Part shown: positions 10,719-22,657 of the stretch, piece by piece
Layout: every line of letters starts with the position of its first letter
Position numbering within the stretch: position 1 is the first letter of the stretch
Assembly: GCA_963755915.1 (NCBI GenBank)
Contig: CAVWLP010000002.1
Span: forward strand, 4,576,001-4,640,000
Direction of reading: 5' to 3'
Length of the DNA stretch: 64,000 bases
Source: an uncultured Phycisphaerales bacterium
GTDB lineage: Bacteria; Planctomycetota; Phycisphaerae; Tepidisphaerales; Tepidisphaeraceae
Translations under genes and position numbers: made by a program
The notes under the pieces: generated by a model
Databases searched by the model: none
What the model was told of the DNA's origin: nothing
Seen by the model: the letters and a program-made list of their open reading frames with translations, nothing else

Positions 10719-12270
10719 TCAGCTGTGCTGCATCGGCTGCCCCATGCGTTCGCCGATCACCCGGCGCATGACCTGCGTCGGCGCCGGCAAACCCGTCCAG
10801 GCTTCAAATTGCGCCACCGCCTGCCGGATGAACATTTCCACCCCGCCGATCGTTCGCGCTCCCATTTTCTCAGCCTGCGCTAGCAGAGCCGTTTTCGGCG
10901 GATTGTAGATCGTGTCATAGACGACGGTTTTTTCCATGATCGGCGGCTGATGCTTGCCAAACGGATTTTCGGCGATGTTTGGATGCATACCGACGGAAGT
11001 TGTATTGATCAAAACATCGCAGGAGGTGGCGCAGAAATCGTCGAAACTCACGGCGGATACTGCCCCTCGGCGGCCGTTAAATTCCGCAGCCAAGGCGGCG
11101 GCGCGCGATTCTGTCCGATTGGAAATGGTGACGGTCGCCCCGTAATGCGCCAACGCCACCACGGCGGATCGCGCGGTTCCGCCGGCGCCCAGGACCGACA
11201 CGCGCAGATCGGCCAGGCCGGCGCGATCGCAATTTAATTCGGCGGTGATGCTGTCGAGGATCGCGGCGTAATCGGTGTTGATGCCGCTTACACCGCTGGG
11301 GCGGATAATGATCGTATTCACCGCGCCGATTCGCCGGGCAAGTTCCTCGACTTCGCCGCCGGTCTCGGTCAGATAACGCAGGGCATTCTCCTTGTGCGGA
11401 ATCGTGACCGACAATCCGGCCAGGTTCATCCCCGGAAAATTTAAAAAGCCGTCAACAAATCGCTTGAATTTGCCATAGTCCGGCTCAACAAGCATCGGCA
11501 GATAAACGCCGTCGTGGGCCGTCGCGGCAAAGGCCGCGTTGTGAATCGCCGGCGACATGGAATGGGCGATGGGATGACCGACAACGCCATAGACTTTCGT
11601 CGCCGGCCCAATCGCATCCCAGCGATAAAGATATTTCGCATCGCTGATGGTGACTTGACCCGGCGCGGTCGCGGACGTGGGATCGAGCGACGCGAATGTA
11701 AGAAACGCCCCGAATTTTTTCGCCAGTATCCGGCTGACCAGCCCCGCCTCTCCCATGCACAGGGCAATCGTGGGCCTCCTGGCATTTTTCAGAAGCTCCA
11801 GGGCATCGAGATTTTCGACGATACCACCGGCCCGCCAGACGATCTTGTTCACCTGAGCATCGATCCGATCCATCCGGGCGACGATCTCCGCGAGATTCGC
11901 GGGCTTGCCCGAAAAATCGTGGAAGCTGAGGATCGACCGCGAAGAAATCTCGCGAAAGAGCGGATCGGCCGTTTTTTCCTCAATCGACTCGAGCTCGATA
12001 TCGACGAGCGGGGCGCCAGTCCGAAAGGCCTCGGCGAGAAGCTCGAGCCGCTGCTGGTCGGAAAGCGTCGAATGCCCGCCCTCGGCGGCCGAGCGGCAGG
12101 TCACGATCGCCGGCAGGATCGCGTCTTCCAGAAGCAGTCGCAGCACGCCCTTGTCCCGAAGATGGTCGATTCGCAGCTCCACCATCTCCGCCCCCGCGGC
12201 GCGCGGCGGCGATGTCATGCCGGGCCCGGGCCAGCTCGGTTACGAAAATCGGAGCGCAAAGATGCGTCAT
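10719..12270 (-). CDS. aroDE: Bifunctional type I 3-dehydroquinate dehydratase/shikimate dehydrogenase (frameshift near 12195)
   Basis: AEMVELRID, SFHDF, MGEAGLVSR and APGQ, followed by GHPIAHSMSP, SVTIPHK, GAVNT, NTDY and GAGGTA. The N-terminus MTHLCAPIF is in another frame. Confidence 0.9.
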
Positions 12271-12304
12271 GCCACGTGCCCAAACTGCGCCCCCTGTAGC
12301 GATT

Positions 12305-13182
12305 TCAATTCGCGGGCAGCGCCCCCGCCTCCTTCATACATTCCTCGATCTGCTTTTTGGTGTTGTCGCTTGCTTCCCAGAGCGGCAGGCGCAGCTCGCC
12401 GGTGTCGAGTCCGGCAAACTTCATCGCGTGCTTGATGCCAACGGGGTTGCCGTCGAGGAACATCGCCCGCATGAGGGGGAAGAGCTTGCGATGCAGGTTG
12501 GCCGCCTGCTCATATTGGCCGCCGAGGCAGAGCTTCGTCAGCGATTTGATTTGCTGGGGAATGACATTCGACAGGACGCTGATGACGCCGCGCCCGCCGA
12601 TGGACATGATGGGGACCGTGAGGGAATCGTCGCCGCTGATGAGCGTGATATCGCACAGCGAGCGGATTTCGCTCGACATATTCAAATCGCCGGTGGATTC
12701 CTTGACGGCGATGATGTTGCGATGCTTTGAGAGCCGGGCGATGGTCTGCGCCGACATCGTTACGCCGGTGCGTCCGGGAATGTTGTAGAGAACAATCGGC
12801 AGATCCACGCGGTCGGCCAGCGTCATGAAATGGCGATAGAGCCCCTCCTGCGTGGGCTTGTTGTAATAGGGGTTGACCGAGAGACACCCCGGCGCACGGC
12901 TCGCTTGGCGATCTGGTGAAGCTCCAGGGCCTCGGTGGTTGCGTTCGCACCGGTTCCCGCGATCACGGGAACGCGCCCGGCGGCAAACTGCACCGTCAGC
13001 TCGATCACGCGGGCGTGCTCCTTGAAATCCAGCGTGGGGGATTCGCCGGTCGTGCCTACGGGGACGAGGCCGTCGATTCCACTCTGGATTTGAAACTCGA
13101 CCTGTTGCTTCAGCCGCTCCTCATCAACGCGGCCTTCGCGGAAGGGAGTGGTCATCGCAGTCATGGCGCCTTGAACATTCAT
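12305..13182 (-). CDS. dapA: 4-hydroxy-tetrahydrodipicolinate synthase (frameshift near 12895)
   Basis: GTTGESPTL, VIAGTGANAT, LYNIPGRTG, AVKESTG, SGDD, NPVGIK. Confidence 0.93.
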
Positions 13183-13227
13183 AGAGGATTCATTGTAGGC
13201 GCGGGCCGATGCGAATAAAAGATTCGC

Positions 13228-13957
13228 TCATTTGCGGGCAATCGCGAGATATTTCCGAACCGTCTCGGTAAGCCCGAATTCCAGAGCATCAGCAATCAGG
13301 GCATGCCCGATGGAAACTTCCAAAACCCCGGGTACGGCCCCAAGAAAATGCCCCAGATTCTGGAGGCTCAGATCGTGCCCGGCGTTGATCCCCAACCCCA
13401 ATTCCGACGCCCGTTTCGCTGCCGCCGCATACGAATCCGCGGCCGTCGGAATATTTTTGGCAAATTCCTCCGCGTACGGCGCGGTGTAAAGTTCGATCCG
13501 ATCCACCCCCAGCTTCACAGCCAAATCCATCGCCTCCGGCACGGGATCCATGAAAATGCTCACCCGGCATCCCAGCAACTTCAGCTCCTTCACCACGGGC
13601 GCAAGGCGACTGCGCGTCCCGCTTCAGGTCCCATCCATGATCGCTGGTCGCCGCATCCGGGGAATCAGGCACCAGCGTGCACTGCGTCGGGCGAAACTCC
13701 CGGGCGAAGTGGACGTACTCGATGAACGGATTTCCCTCGATATTGAACTCCGTACCGGGATACTCCTCAAGGAGCTGAGCGATCTCGCGCACATCGTCAG
13801 GCCGGATATGGCGCTGGTCGGGGCGCGGATGGACGGTGATTCCATCCGCCCCGGCGTCGAGGCACAGCCGGGCGGCGTAAACGACGCTGGGGATGCCGAT
13901 GGCCCGCGTGTTGCGCAGGGTCGCGACTTTGTTGACGTTAACGCTTAGCTTGGTCAT
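13228..13957 (-). CDS. pdxJ: Pyridoxine 5'-phosphate synthase (frameshift near 13610)
   Basis: [55 protein letters not shown]. Confidence 0.93.
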
Positions 13958-14599
13958 CGATGAGTTCCCGGGGGCAGCCAATGTCGCCGACGATCACTTC
14001 TCCAAGAAATTCCTTCGCCTCCGGCCGGACGAAGCCGGCTTTTTCGGCGACAAAGGTAATGGTTCGCTTCGCCCTCACGCACCTTTTGCCGAGAGGTTTG
14101 CCGGTATCGCAATCCAGCCCGCTGGGAATATCGATCGCCAGGACCGGGTGCCGCTGGCCTCGATTTCCGCGACGATCGAATCAAACGGATCCCGTGGCGG
14201 CTGCGTCAAGCCGGTTCCGAAGATCGCGTCGAGTATCAGCGCCGGCCGGCAGGCGCCGATCTTGTTCAAATCCCGCGATTCCACCGGCAGTTTCATCGCC
14301 TGCACGATCTCCCAGTTGATCTTCGCTTCGCCGGCATATTTTTCGGGATCGGTGGTAAGGAATATTCGCACATCGTATCCGCGATTGTGCAGATGGTGCG
14401 CGATGGTCAGGCCATCGCCGCCGTTATTCCCGCCGCCGCAGACGATCATCACCGGCCCTTCGCCCGGGCCACTCATTTTTACCGTCAGGTTAGAGGCCGC
14501 AATCGCGGCGTTCTCCATCAACACAGCGCCGGGAATGTGATACTTCTCGACCGACAATCGGTCGATATTCCGCACCTGCTCTCGCGTGAGTCGAAGCAT
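13938..14599 (-). CDS. nnrE: NAD(P)H-hydrate epimerase (stand-alone YjeF-N; frameshift near 14150)
   Basis: [16 protein letters not shown] and DAIFGTGL; the shifted frame gives [15 protein letters not shown]...TITF...VGDIGCP. Confidence 0.88.
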
Positions 14600-14622
14600 C
14601 GCCCCCATTATACTGCGCGGCA
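14600..14622. promoter_or_regulatory. Overlapping bidirectional -10 boxes between nnrE and surE
   Basis: 23-bp gap. TATACT (+, 14609-14614) is 8 nt before the surE ATG; TATAAT (-, 14612-14607) is 7 nt before the nnrE ATG. Confidence 0.7.
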
Positions 14623-15387
14623 ATGCTGATTCTCCTCACCAATGACGACGGCATTTCCGCTCCGGGGCTGGTGGCGCTTTATCGCGAGCTTACCGACCTG
14701 GGCGAGGTCCATGTCGTCGCCCCCGCGTCGGTTCAGACGCCACGAGCCATGGCATCACCCTCTCGACGCCGTTGCTGACGAGCCGGGTAACCGTCCCGGA
14801 CGCCTTCACCGGGATCGCGGTCGATGGGCGCCCGGCAGACTGCGTTAAGCTCGCGGTTGCCCATTTCCTTCCAAGGCCTCCTGACCTGGTTATCAGCGGG
14901 ATGAACAGCGGCGCCAACGTGGGCATCAACGTGATTTACAGCGGCACCATCGCCGCCGCCCTCGAAGCGGCGTTTTTGGGGCTTCCGGCGATCGCGGTTT
15001 CCCTGCATCTCGGCAAGGATATCCCCACCGACTACAAGCGTTCGGCAAAACTCGCCCGCCAGACGATCGACACGGTGCTCGAGTGGGGACTCCCTTCGGG
15101 CCGGGCAGCGACCATCAACATTCCCGCCCTGCGGCCCGAAGAATCCCCCCCCGGCGTCAGGATTGTGCCGCCAATGCACCCGCCCCTGGGCCGATATCTA
15201 CGAGCGCCGCAAAGACCCGCGCGGTCGCGACTATTTCTGGAACTCCAGCGTCTTTACGCTGGACTCCCCGGAGTCTGATTCCGACGTCGCCGCCCTGGCG
15301 AGCCGGCAGATCACCGTGACTCCGCTTCAGTTTGATCTGACGGATCACGCGCTGCTCAGGAAATGGAACGAGGGAACAGCCAAATAA
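14623..15387 (+). CDS. surE: 5'/3'-nucleotidase SurE (frameshifts near 14735 and 15170)
   Basis: [10 protein letters not shown] from 14623; [29 protein letters not shown]; then [11 protein letters not shown] and [11 protein letters not shown]. Confidence 0.92.
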
Positions 15388-15409
15388 TCAGCCAAACGCT
15401 CAGGTTTCC

Positions 15410-16988
15410 ATGTCGACAGATAATTCCCAAAACCTTCAACTAGCGGTGAAATATCAGCAATTGGGGCGGCTGGCCGAATCGGAAGGGCTTTGCCTGGCGA
15501 TTCTCGCGGCTGAACCGAATCATGCCGACGCAATCCGTCTCCTGGGAAGGCTGGCTCGTCAGCGCGGAAATAATTCGGCAGCGCTGGAGTTGATCCAGCG
15601 CTGTCGCGATCAGCCCGTCGTCGGGTGATTTCAGAATTGACCTGGCGAATGTGCTGATGGCGCTGAATCGCCGCGACGAGGCGGCGCTGGCTGCTCAGGA
15701 GGCGGTGAATCTCGATCCAAATTCCGCCGTCGCGCAAACCACGCTCGGGCAAGCCCTGGCGGGGATCGGCCGGCTCAGCGAGTCGATCAATTTCTGGCGG
15801 CGCGCAGTGGAGCTTCGGCCTGGATATATCGACGCGGTGGAATGCCTGGGAGCGGCGTACCGCCGGCTCGGATCTCCCGCTGAGGCGGCCGCGGTTTATG
15901 AGCAGTTTCTGGCCTCCAACGCGGGCCCTCCCGGCACGCATAACAATCTGGCGGTTACCCTTGGGGAATCACGCCAGTTCGAAAAGTCGCTGGCAGCCTA
16001 TCGCCAGGGCCTGGAGTTGTTCCCCGATAACGCAATGATGCACTGGGGCTATTCGCAGGCGCTGCTGAGCGCGGGAAATTTCGAGCAAGGGTGGGAGGAA
16101 TTTGAATGGCGGCGAAGAATGCCGGGGCTTGGCCTGGATCGCCAGTTCCCTCAGCCGCAATGGGATGGCGCGGGCTTTACGAATAAGACGCTCTTGCTAT
16201 ACACCGAGGGGGGCTTCGGCGACGCGATCCATTTCATTCGGTTTATTCCGATGGTTGCGTCACGCGGGGGGAAAGTGATTTTGGAGTGTCAGGCCGAACT
16301 GCTTCGCCTTTTCGCTCAGGTTCCGGGGCTCGCTCCGATCGTTCCGCGGGGTCGGCCATTGCCCGAGTTTGATTTTCAAGTAGCCCTTCAGAGTCTGCCG
16401 CGGATTTTTAAGACGAAGCTTGAAAGCATTCCGGCCAGGATTCCATACCTGTCGGCTTTTCGCCAGGACGCCTCCCGCTGGAATGATCGACTGCAAGCTG
16501 AAAAGGAGGCGGGATTGCGGGTCGGGCTGGTCTGGTCCGGAAGCAATGCCGTCGGTGAAGACCAGCGATCTCGGAGCGTGGCGATCTTTTCTCCGCTTGC
16601 GAATATTCCCGGTGTCAGATTCTACAGTCTTCAAAAGGGCGTCGAGGCCGGGCAAATTCCTCCGCCGGAAATGCACCTGACGAATTACACCGGCGAGATC
16701 GGCGATTTCGCAGACCTTGCCGGTTTGATTGAGAATCTCGACCTGGTGATATCCGTCGACACTTCGGCCGCGCACCTCTACGGCGCCATGGGCAAGCCGG
16801 TGTGGGTCCTGATTCCCTATCGCAGCGATTTCCGCTGGCTGCGCGATCGCTCGGATTCCCCGTGGTATCCCACGATGAAGCTGTTTAGGCAGAAAACTGT
16901 CGGTGACTGGGATGAGGTGATCGAAACCGTGGCCAATGACCTAGGCGCGCTTGCGAAGGGGGCAATTTCGCGAAATCAAATTTCCTAA
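15410..16988 (+). CDS. TPR protein with C-terminal GT9-like glycosyltransferase domain (frameshift near 15605)
   Basis: TPRs, then GWEEFEWR, EGGFGDAIHFIRF, RVGLVWSG, LDLVISVDTSAAHLYGAMGKP, SPWYPTMKLFRQ. Confidence 0.85.
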
Positions 16989-18370
16989 TGAACGCCCTCC
17001 AGCCGCGCCAGTCTCTCATAGAGTGCCGCCGCTGTCCGAGTCCCGGCGTGCAGGGAGTCAAGGGCGAATTTCTCGTTGGGCGAATGCACCCGATCATCCG
17101 GTAATCCAAATCCCACCAGCAGCGTATCGATCCCCAGCGCCGATTTAAGCATACTGACAATCGGCACGCTTCCGCCCGCGCGGATCAGCGCTGGCCGCAC
17201 CCCAAAGCCCACTTCCACGGCCTCGCATGCCAGCTCCATAGCCGGGCTGTGAAGCGGCACCAGCACCGCGGGAGTGTGGCTGTGCAGCGTCACGTCGAGC
17301 TTCACGGAACCGGGACAGCGCTTCTTCAGCGTCTCGGTAAAGGCAATTCGAATCGCCTCGGGATCCTGCTCGGCCACCAGCCGCATTGAAACCTTCGCCG
17401 TCGCCTTGGAAGGAATTACCGTTTTCGCGCCGGGGCCTTCCCAGCCGGAGCTGAGGCCGTTGATGTCGCACGTGGGCCGGGCCCAGATCTGCTCCAGGAC
17501 GTTGTAGCCCACCTCACCCGTGGCTCCCTTGAAACCCAGCTCCGCGGCAAACTGCTTTTCGTCCATCGGCAGCTTCGCCCACATCATCCGCTCCTCTGTG
17601 GAGAGGGGAATCACCTTGTCATAAAAGCCCGGAATATTGACCCGGCCGTCCTTGTCGTGCAGGGTGGCGAGAAGATCGCAGAGCACATTCGCGGCATTTG
17701 GCACCGCCCCACCAAACAGGCCGCTGTGCAGATCGTGGGAAACACCCGTCACAGTCACTTCCATGTAGACCAGCCCGCGCAGCCCACACGCAATCGCCGG
17801 CACACCGCGGGCAAACTGGTTCGTATCGCTGATCAATCCGATATCGGCCTGGAGCAAATCGCGATTGCCGGCGACAAACGCCTCCAGGTTTGCCGATCCC
17901 ACTTCCTCTTCCCCCTCGATCAGCATGGTGAGATTTACCGGAATTCCGCCGTGCTTTTGCCAGGCGGCCACAGCCTCGATATGAGCCCAAACCTGGCCTT
18001 TATCATCGGCGGCGCCGCGGGCATAGATCGCGCCATCGCGGATCGTCGGCTCAAACGCGGGTGTGGTCCATAAATCGAGCGGCTCTGGCGGCTGGACATC
18101 GTAATGCCCGTAAAACAGAACCGTTGGACGGCCCTCGATGGGCTTATTCTTGCCGACCACGATCGGTGCGCCCTTCCCGCCGCCTGACGGATAAACCTTA
18201 ACGTCCAGCCCCGCCGCTTTAAGCTTGTCCGCCACCCACTGCGCACAGCGCGCGATCTGCGGCCCATGGTCCGGCTTTGCGCTCACGCTGGGGATGGCGA
18301 GAAATTCCTTCAGGCCGGCGATGGTTTCTTCCCGCCGCGAATCCAGGGTCTTGAGCACCGCCTCGAGCAT
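16985..18370 (-). CDS. M20-family dipeptidase
   Basis: YGHYDVQP, ARGAADDKGQ, EGEEEVGS, HSGLFGG, HSPNEKF. Confidence 0.92.
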   Translation of the reverse strand: MLEAVLKTLDSRREETIAGLKEFLAIPSVSAKPDHGPQIARCAQWVADKLKAAGLDVKVYPSGGGKGAPIVVGKNKPIEGRPTVLFYGHYDVQPPEPLDLWTTPAFEPTIRDGAIYARGAADDKGQVWAHIEAVAAWQKHGGIPVNLTMLIEGEEEVGSANLEAFVAGNRDLLQADIGLISDTNQFARGVPAIACGLRGLVYMEVTVTGVSHDLHSGLFGGAVPNAANVLCDLLATLHDKDGRVNIPGFYDKVIPLSTEERMMWAKLPMDEKQFAAELGFKGATGEVGYNVLEQIWARPTCDINGLSSGWEGPGAKTVIPSKATAKVSMRLVAEQDPEAIRIAFTETLKKRCPGSVKLDVTLHSHTPAVLVPLHSPAMELACEAVEVGFGVRPALIRAGGSVPIVSMLKSALGIDTLLVGFGLPDDRVHSPNEKFALDSLHAGTRTAAALYERLARLEGVH

Positions 18371-18402
18371 TCACGCAAGATTAACCGCCCCGGCCAAGGC
18401 GC

Positions 18403-19089
18403 TCAAATCGTTTTCAGGTCGGCCCCTGCCTTGGGGGTAAGAATCGCCCTTGGCCGGATCGAGCGAATCTTATCCGCCAGGGCCATCTGCTGGGCAAAGA
18501 GCTCTCGATTGACCGATGCCATGGCCCGGTCATCCGCCCGGAAAATATCCCCCGTCAGCGTCCGCGCAATCGACGATTCCACGAAGAGCATTTGCGATTC
18601 ATCCTGCCAAAGCGCCTTCACGACCACGCTCACGCCCGTATCGCCATAACTCAGCAAGCCCCATCGCGGCGGCAAATCCTTTTTCTGCACCAACCCCGCC
18701 GGTGCAAGGACGTAATGCAAATTGGCCATCGGCTGCATCAGGCAGGTGTCGAATTTCCCCAGCCCCAGGCTATGACTACGCGCCCGCCGTCGCTTCCGCC
18801 GGCGGGGATTCTTGCGATGGAGCATACAAAACTCCATCTGGCCGTCGTTGGAAATATCGCGAAGAAAATCGGATCGGCTCGCCTTGCATTCGATAAAACA
18901 AACCTGCGGCAGCTCGCGCGGAATCGCCAAATAATTCTGATAGGAGCGAAATGTGCCGGTGCCGACTGCGTCGACGATCCCCACCGGCGGCAACCGAACT
19001 TCAGCCGCGATGCACCGATATCCCATCCGCAGCAGCCAACGGCATGCCTCCTTCTTCAGACGCTTATGCAGATCCGTTTCACCCGGCAT
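18403..19089 (-). CDS. MmcB-like PD-(D/E)XK nuclease-fold protein
   Basis: H..LK..A..WL, AEV...VDAVG, IECKASRSDFLRD, YVLAPAGLV...LPPRWGLL. Confidence 0.6.
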   Translation of the reverse strand: MPGETDLHKRLKKEACRWLLRMGYRCIAAEVRLPPVGIVDAVGTGTFRSYQNYLAIPRELPQVCFIECKASRSDFLRDISNDGQMEFCMLHRKNPRRRKRRRARSHSLGLGKFDTCLMQPMANLHYVLAPAGLVQKKDLPPRWGLLSYGDTGVSVVVKALWQDESQMLFVESSIARTLTGDIFRADDRAMASVNRELFAQQMALADKIRSIRPRAILTPKAGADLKTI

Positions 19090-19126
19090 GCTGGCACTCC
19101 TTTGCCCAATTTCTCCTGGCCCTGTT

Positions 19127-21389
19127 TCACTCCGCCTTACAGTAATCCTTCCACATCTGGCGATAGGCCGTTTCCATATTCCGCGCAAACCGCGGGGCAT
19201 CCATCAGCGGCGAGGCCATCATCCTCACCCGCAAATCGCGCCGCAAGTCCGCCAGGCGGGCCGCATCGCGGCATAGCTCGAGCACGATTCCATGAAATTG
19301 CTCATCCGTTTGCGCGGCAAAATGTTTGAGATTCAGATTCGACAACTGGCTCAGTCCCGCCCGCCCCACCACCGTCGATCCGATCCGGTTCATCACCGGC
19401 ACACCCATCCAAAACGAATCGAGGCTCGTAGTGTGTCCGTTGTAAGGCAGCGTATCGAGCCCGATGTCGATCCGCCGATATAGCTCCAGATAATTCCGAC
19501 GTTGCTGAAACTCAATGAACTCGACCCAATCCGGGTTAATCCCGTTTTCCGAAAGCTTCTGCCGAATCCTTTCTCGATGCCCCCCATTTGCCGCCAGAAG
19601 CAGGAGCCGAAATTCGCCCACCGATTTGAAAACCGGCAGCCAAAGATCCAGCGTCCGCGCCGTCACTTTGCAGAAATTGTTGAGACACCCAAAAGTGACA
19701 AATCCATTTTTGATCGCCGGCAGCGGCCCTGGCTCTACATCCACCGCACCGGGGTTGTAGCACCAGAACGTCTCCGGCAGCCGCACGGTTTTTTCGCTGT
19801 ATAGATGCTCTTCGCCGGGCGGATCGAGATAGGGATCGCTGATGCGGTAATCAACCGCCGACAGCCCCGTCGTCCCTGGATAGGCCAGCCACGCCACTTG
19901 CACTGGCGCCGGCTTGCGCAAAGACCAGCGACCTCCCGTGCGACATGTGCATCGTCAGATCGACCAGGATATCGACGCGGTCGTCGCGAATTTTCCCTGC
20001 GACCGCTTTATCCGCAATCCCGATGATCGGCTCATAATGATCCACCAGCTTTTCGATCCGCTCCGTCGCCGCATCGCGCAGCGCCACGTGCGAATAGCAG
20101 AAAATCTCGAAATTCTCGCGGCCATGATTCGCAAACAGCGGAATCGTGAAAAATGACTGACAATGGTCGCGAAAATCGGCGCCGACGTATCCGATGCGCA
20201 GCTTACGATTCGGATCGCGATCGTTCTCATGCGGCCGAATCTCGCTGCTCACCCGCTGCGCGTGCAGGGCGTTCCACCGCAGCGCCTCGCGCAGAATGTC
20301 GTTGGCCGTGCAATCCGGGTGATACTGCATGGTAAAAATCAGGTTGCTGTGGGAAATCGAATCGCGCGGCTGAAAATCGACGGCCCGGCGATAGCACTCA
20401 ATCGCTTCCCCCAGCCGCCCCGCGTCCTTGTAGGCATTGCCCAGATTGCAATGCGCCGCCGCGTAATCCGGCCGCAGGCGCAGCGCCTGCTGGAAGGCGA
20501 GGATCGCCTCGTCGGTCTTGCTCATCGTCCGCAGCGCGTTGCCAAGGTTGTTATACCCGGCCAGAAAATCCGGCCGGATTTTCAGCGCCGCCAGATACGA
20601 CTCGGCCGCACCCTTGTAATCGCGCAGCGCCTGAAGCGCATTGCCAAGGTTGTTGTGGGCGTCGATGTATTGCGGGCTCAGTGCCACGGCCTTCCGGTAC
20701 ATCTCCACGGCCCGCGGATAATCTCCCGTGCCCGACAGGGCGTTCCCAAAATTGTAAAACGCCTGCGCAAAATCCGGCTTCAGCTCCACCGCCCGGCTCA
20801 GGACAATCACCGCTTCCGTAAACCGCTTCCGCGTGCAGAGCGCGTTGCCTAGATTCGTTAACAAGATCGGCGAATCCGGCGCAATCGCCAACCCGCGCCG
20901 GAAAACTTCGATCGCTTCATCCGTTTTTCGCAGTGCATTCAGCGCGCTCCCCAGATTCCCCATCGCGTCGACACAGTCTGGCTTGATCTCGGTAGCCTTG
21001 CGATAGGCCCCCGCCGCCTCGGCGATCCGCCCCAGCCCGAAATATGCATTGCCCAGATTGTTATGGCATTCCCAATTATCCGGCTTGATCTTCAGCAGTT
21101 TCTGATACGTCTCGATCGCCCGCTCCCGATCCCCCGCTCCCTGAAGCGCCAGCCCCAGCCCAAAGAGCGCCTCCGGAATTTCCGGCGAAATCTCCAGCGC
21201 CCTCTCCAAAAACTCAATGGCCGCAAGATGATCATTCCGCTGAAGTGCCAGAATCCCCATCCGATGCAGCGCCCCGGCATTCCCCGGATCGGAAGACAGG
21301 ATTTCCCGGTAAAGCCCCTCAGCCTGTTCCGCCCTGCCGGCCAGATGGTGCTCCGTCGCCTCTTGCAGAATCCGTTCCGCGGTAACCAC
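19127..21389 (-). CDS. TPR-containing O-GlcNAc-transferase/SPINDLY-like protein (GT41); frameshift near 19920
   Basis: About 10 TPRs; LRIGYVGADFRDHCQ, KPAPVQVAWLAYPGTTG, FGCLNNFCK, LDTLPYNGHTTSLDSFWMGVP. Confidence 0.88.
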
Positions 21390-21496
21390 GCCTATATTTG
21401 GGGATAATCCGGCCGTAAATGCAAGTCTACGTCCCCACCCCCACGTCGGTCGGCGGCCCTCAGAACAAAATTATCACCGGGATTTCCGCAATGGCC

Positions 21497-22648
21497 TCAA
21501 AGCGCCGGCACCCACAGATACGCCCGCAACGTCAGCACCGAAAGGGTTGCACCGAGCATGACAAACAGAACCTGAACCGTCGAAGGGAGCCGCCGCGCCA
21601 GAGGCGCCACGGGCATCAGGCAGGCGGCGGCCCGCATCGGCTGCGCGTTCACGCCCATCATCAGTGGAAACATGCAGTAAACCGCCGCATAGATCAGCAG
21701 GAGCCGATCCATCCCGGGTCGACGTCGCCAGGTCATTGCTCCCCACATCAAGCTTACGCCGATGGCGGCCGTCACAACCACAATTTCCGCTAGCCGGCCG
21801 TCGGAGATCGGCTCGGTGCGCCACAGATATTTCAACTGTTTCAGGACAGTCATTGCCGGATTGTGCAAACCATATCCATATTTCTGCTGGACCAGGAAAA
21901 ATGCGTTCCAGTGGCCGACCGCGATCTGCTGACCAAGCAGAACCACCGCCAGTCCCAGCATGGTCATGCCGCCAACGATCGCGGCTGGGGCCACTCGTTT
22001 CACCAGCGATTGCCTGCCCGGTGCGATCAACAAAAAGAAGGCAATCACAGGAGCCAATAGAAATCCGGTGCTGTAAGCAGCCGCCGCGAAAAAGCCGGCA
22101 ACGCCCGCCCTCCACCACCCTTTCGCCAATACCTGATCGACGCACAGCAGCGCCAAAAACGTCATCAGTGAGATCGGAAATATCGCGTGTTGGTACACCT
22201 GTCCCGGGAAAAATGCTGCCAGCAGCAAACATGCAAACGCCCGTCCGCTGGGAACGTCGAGAAGAAATCGGTTCCACAGCAGCACCAGCGCCGCAAAATG
22301 AAAAATCGCCGACAACAATATTCCCGCGATGATGGAACTTATCCCCGCGTCGGCAACCGCCCGAATCATCAGCGGATAAAGCGGCATCCACCCTGTGTTT
22401 CCCATGTAAGCGCCTTTGGGATATCCATCGGCGCCATCGGAGACGTAAAAGTTATAACCGCTTTGACTGATCTGAATATAATGGCCCGAATCCCCCCGCT
22501 GCCAGGTCGAGGCCGCGTGCGGATCAAAGCCTTCGCAACCGATGACGACCATCAGAAAAATCCGGGCAACAAAAAAGGCCATCAGCGGAGGCAGAATAAT
22601 CCAAAACCAGGTTCGCGACCGCCTATTTGCCTCGCCTGAGACGCTCAT
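21497..22648 (-). CDS. Polytopic membrane protein, GT-C mannosyltransferase (PIG-V)-like
   Basis: WQRGDSGHYIQISQSGY and GWMPLYPLMIR resemble the WDxxxY...FxPLYP motifs; about 10 TM helices. Confidence 0.6.
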   Translation of the reverse strand: MSVSGEANRRSRTWFWIILPPLMAFFVARIFLMVVIGCEGFDPHAASTWQRGDSGHYIQISQSGYNFYVSDGADGYPKGAYMGNTGWMPLYPLMIRAVADAGISSIIAGILLSAIFHFAALVLLWNRFLLDVPSGRAFACLLLAAFFPGQVYQHAIFPISLMTFLALLCVDQVLAKGWWRAGVAGFFAAAAYSTGFLLAPVIAFFLLIAPGRQSLVKRVAPAAIVGGMTMLGLAVVLLGQQIAVGHWNAFFLVQQKYGYGLHNPAMTVLKQLKYLWRTEPISDGRLAEIVVVTAAIGVSLMWGAMTWRRRPGMDRLLLIYAAVYCMFPLMMGVNAQPMRAAACLMPVAPLARRLPSTVQVLFVMLGATLSVLTLRAYLWVPAL

Positions 22649-22657
22649 CGCTGCCGC

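Noticed and set aside
10719-12270. AroD-AroE fusion as a novelty
   Set aside because: Already known in planctomycetes, chlamydiae and plants.
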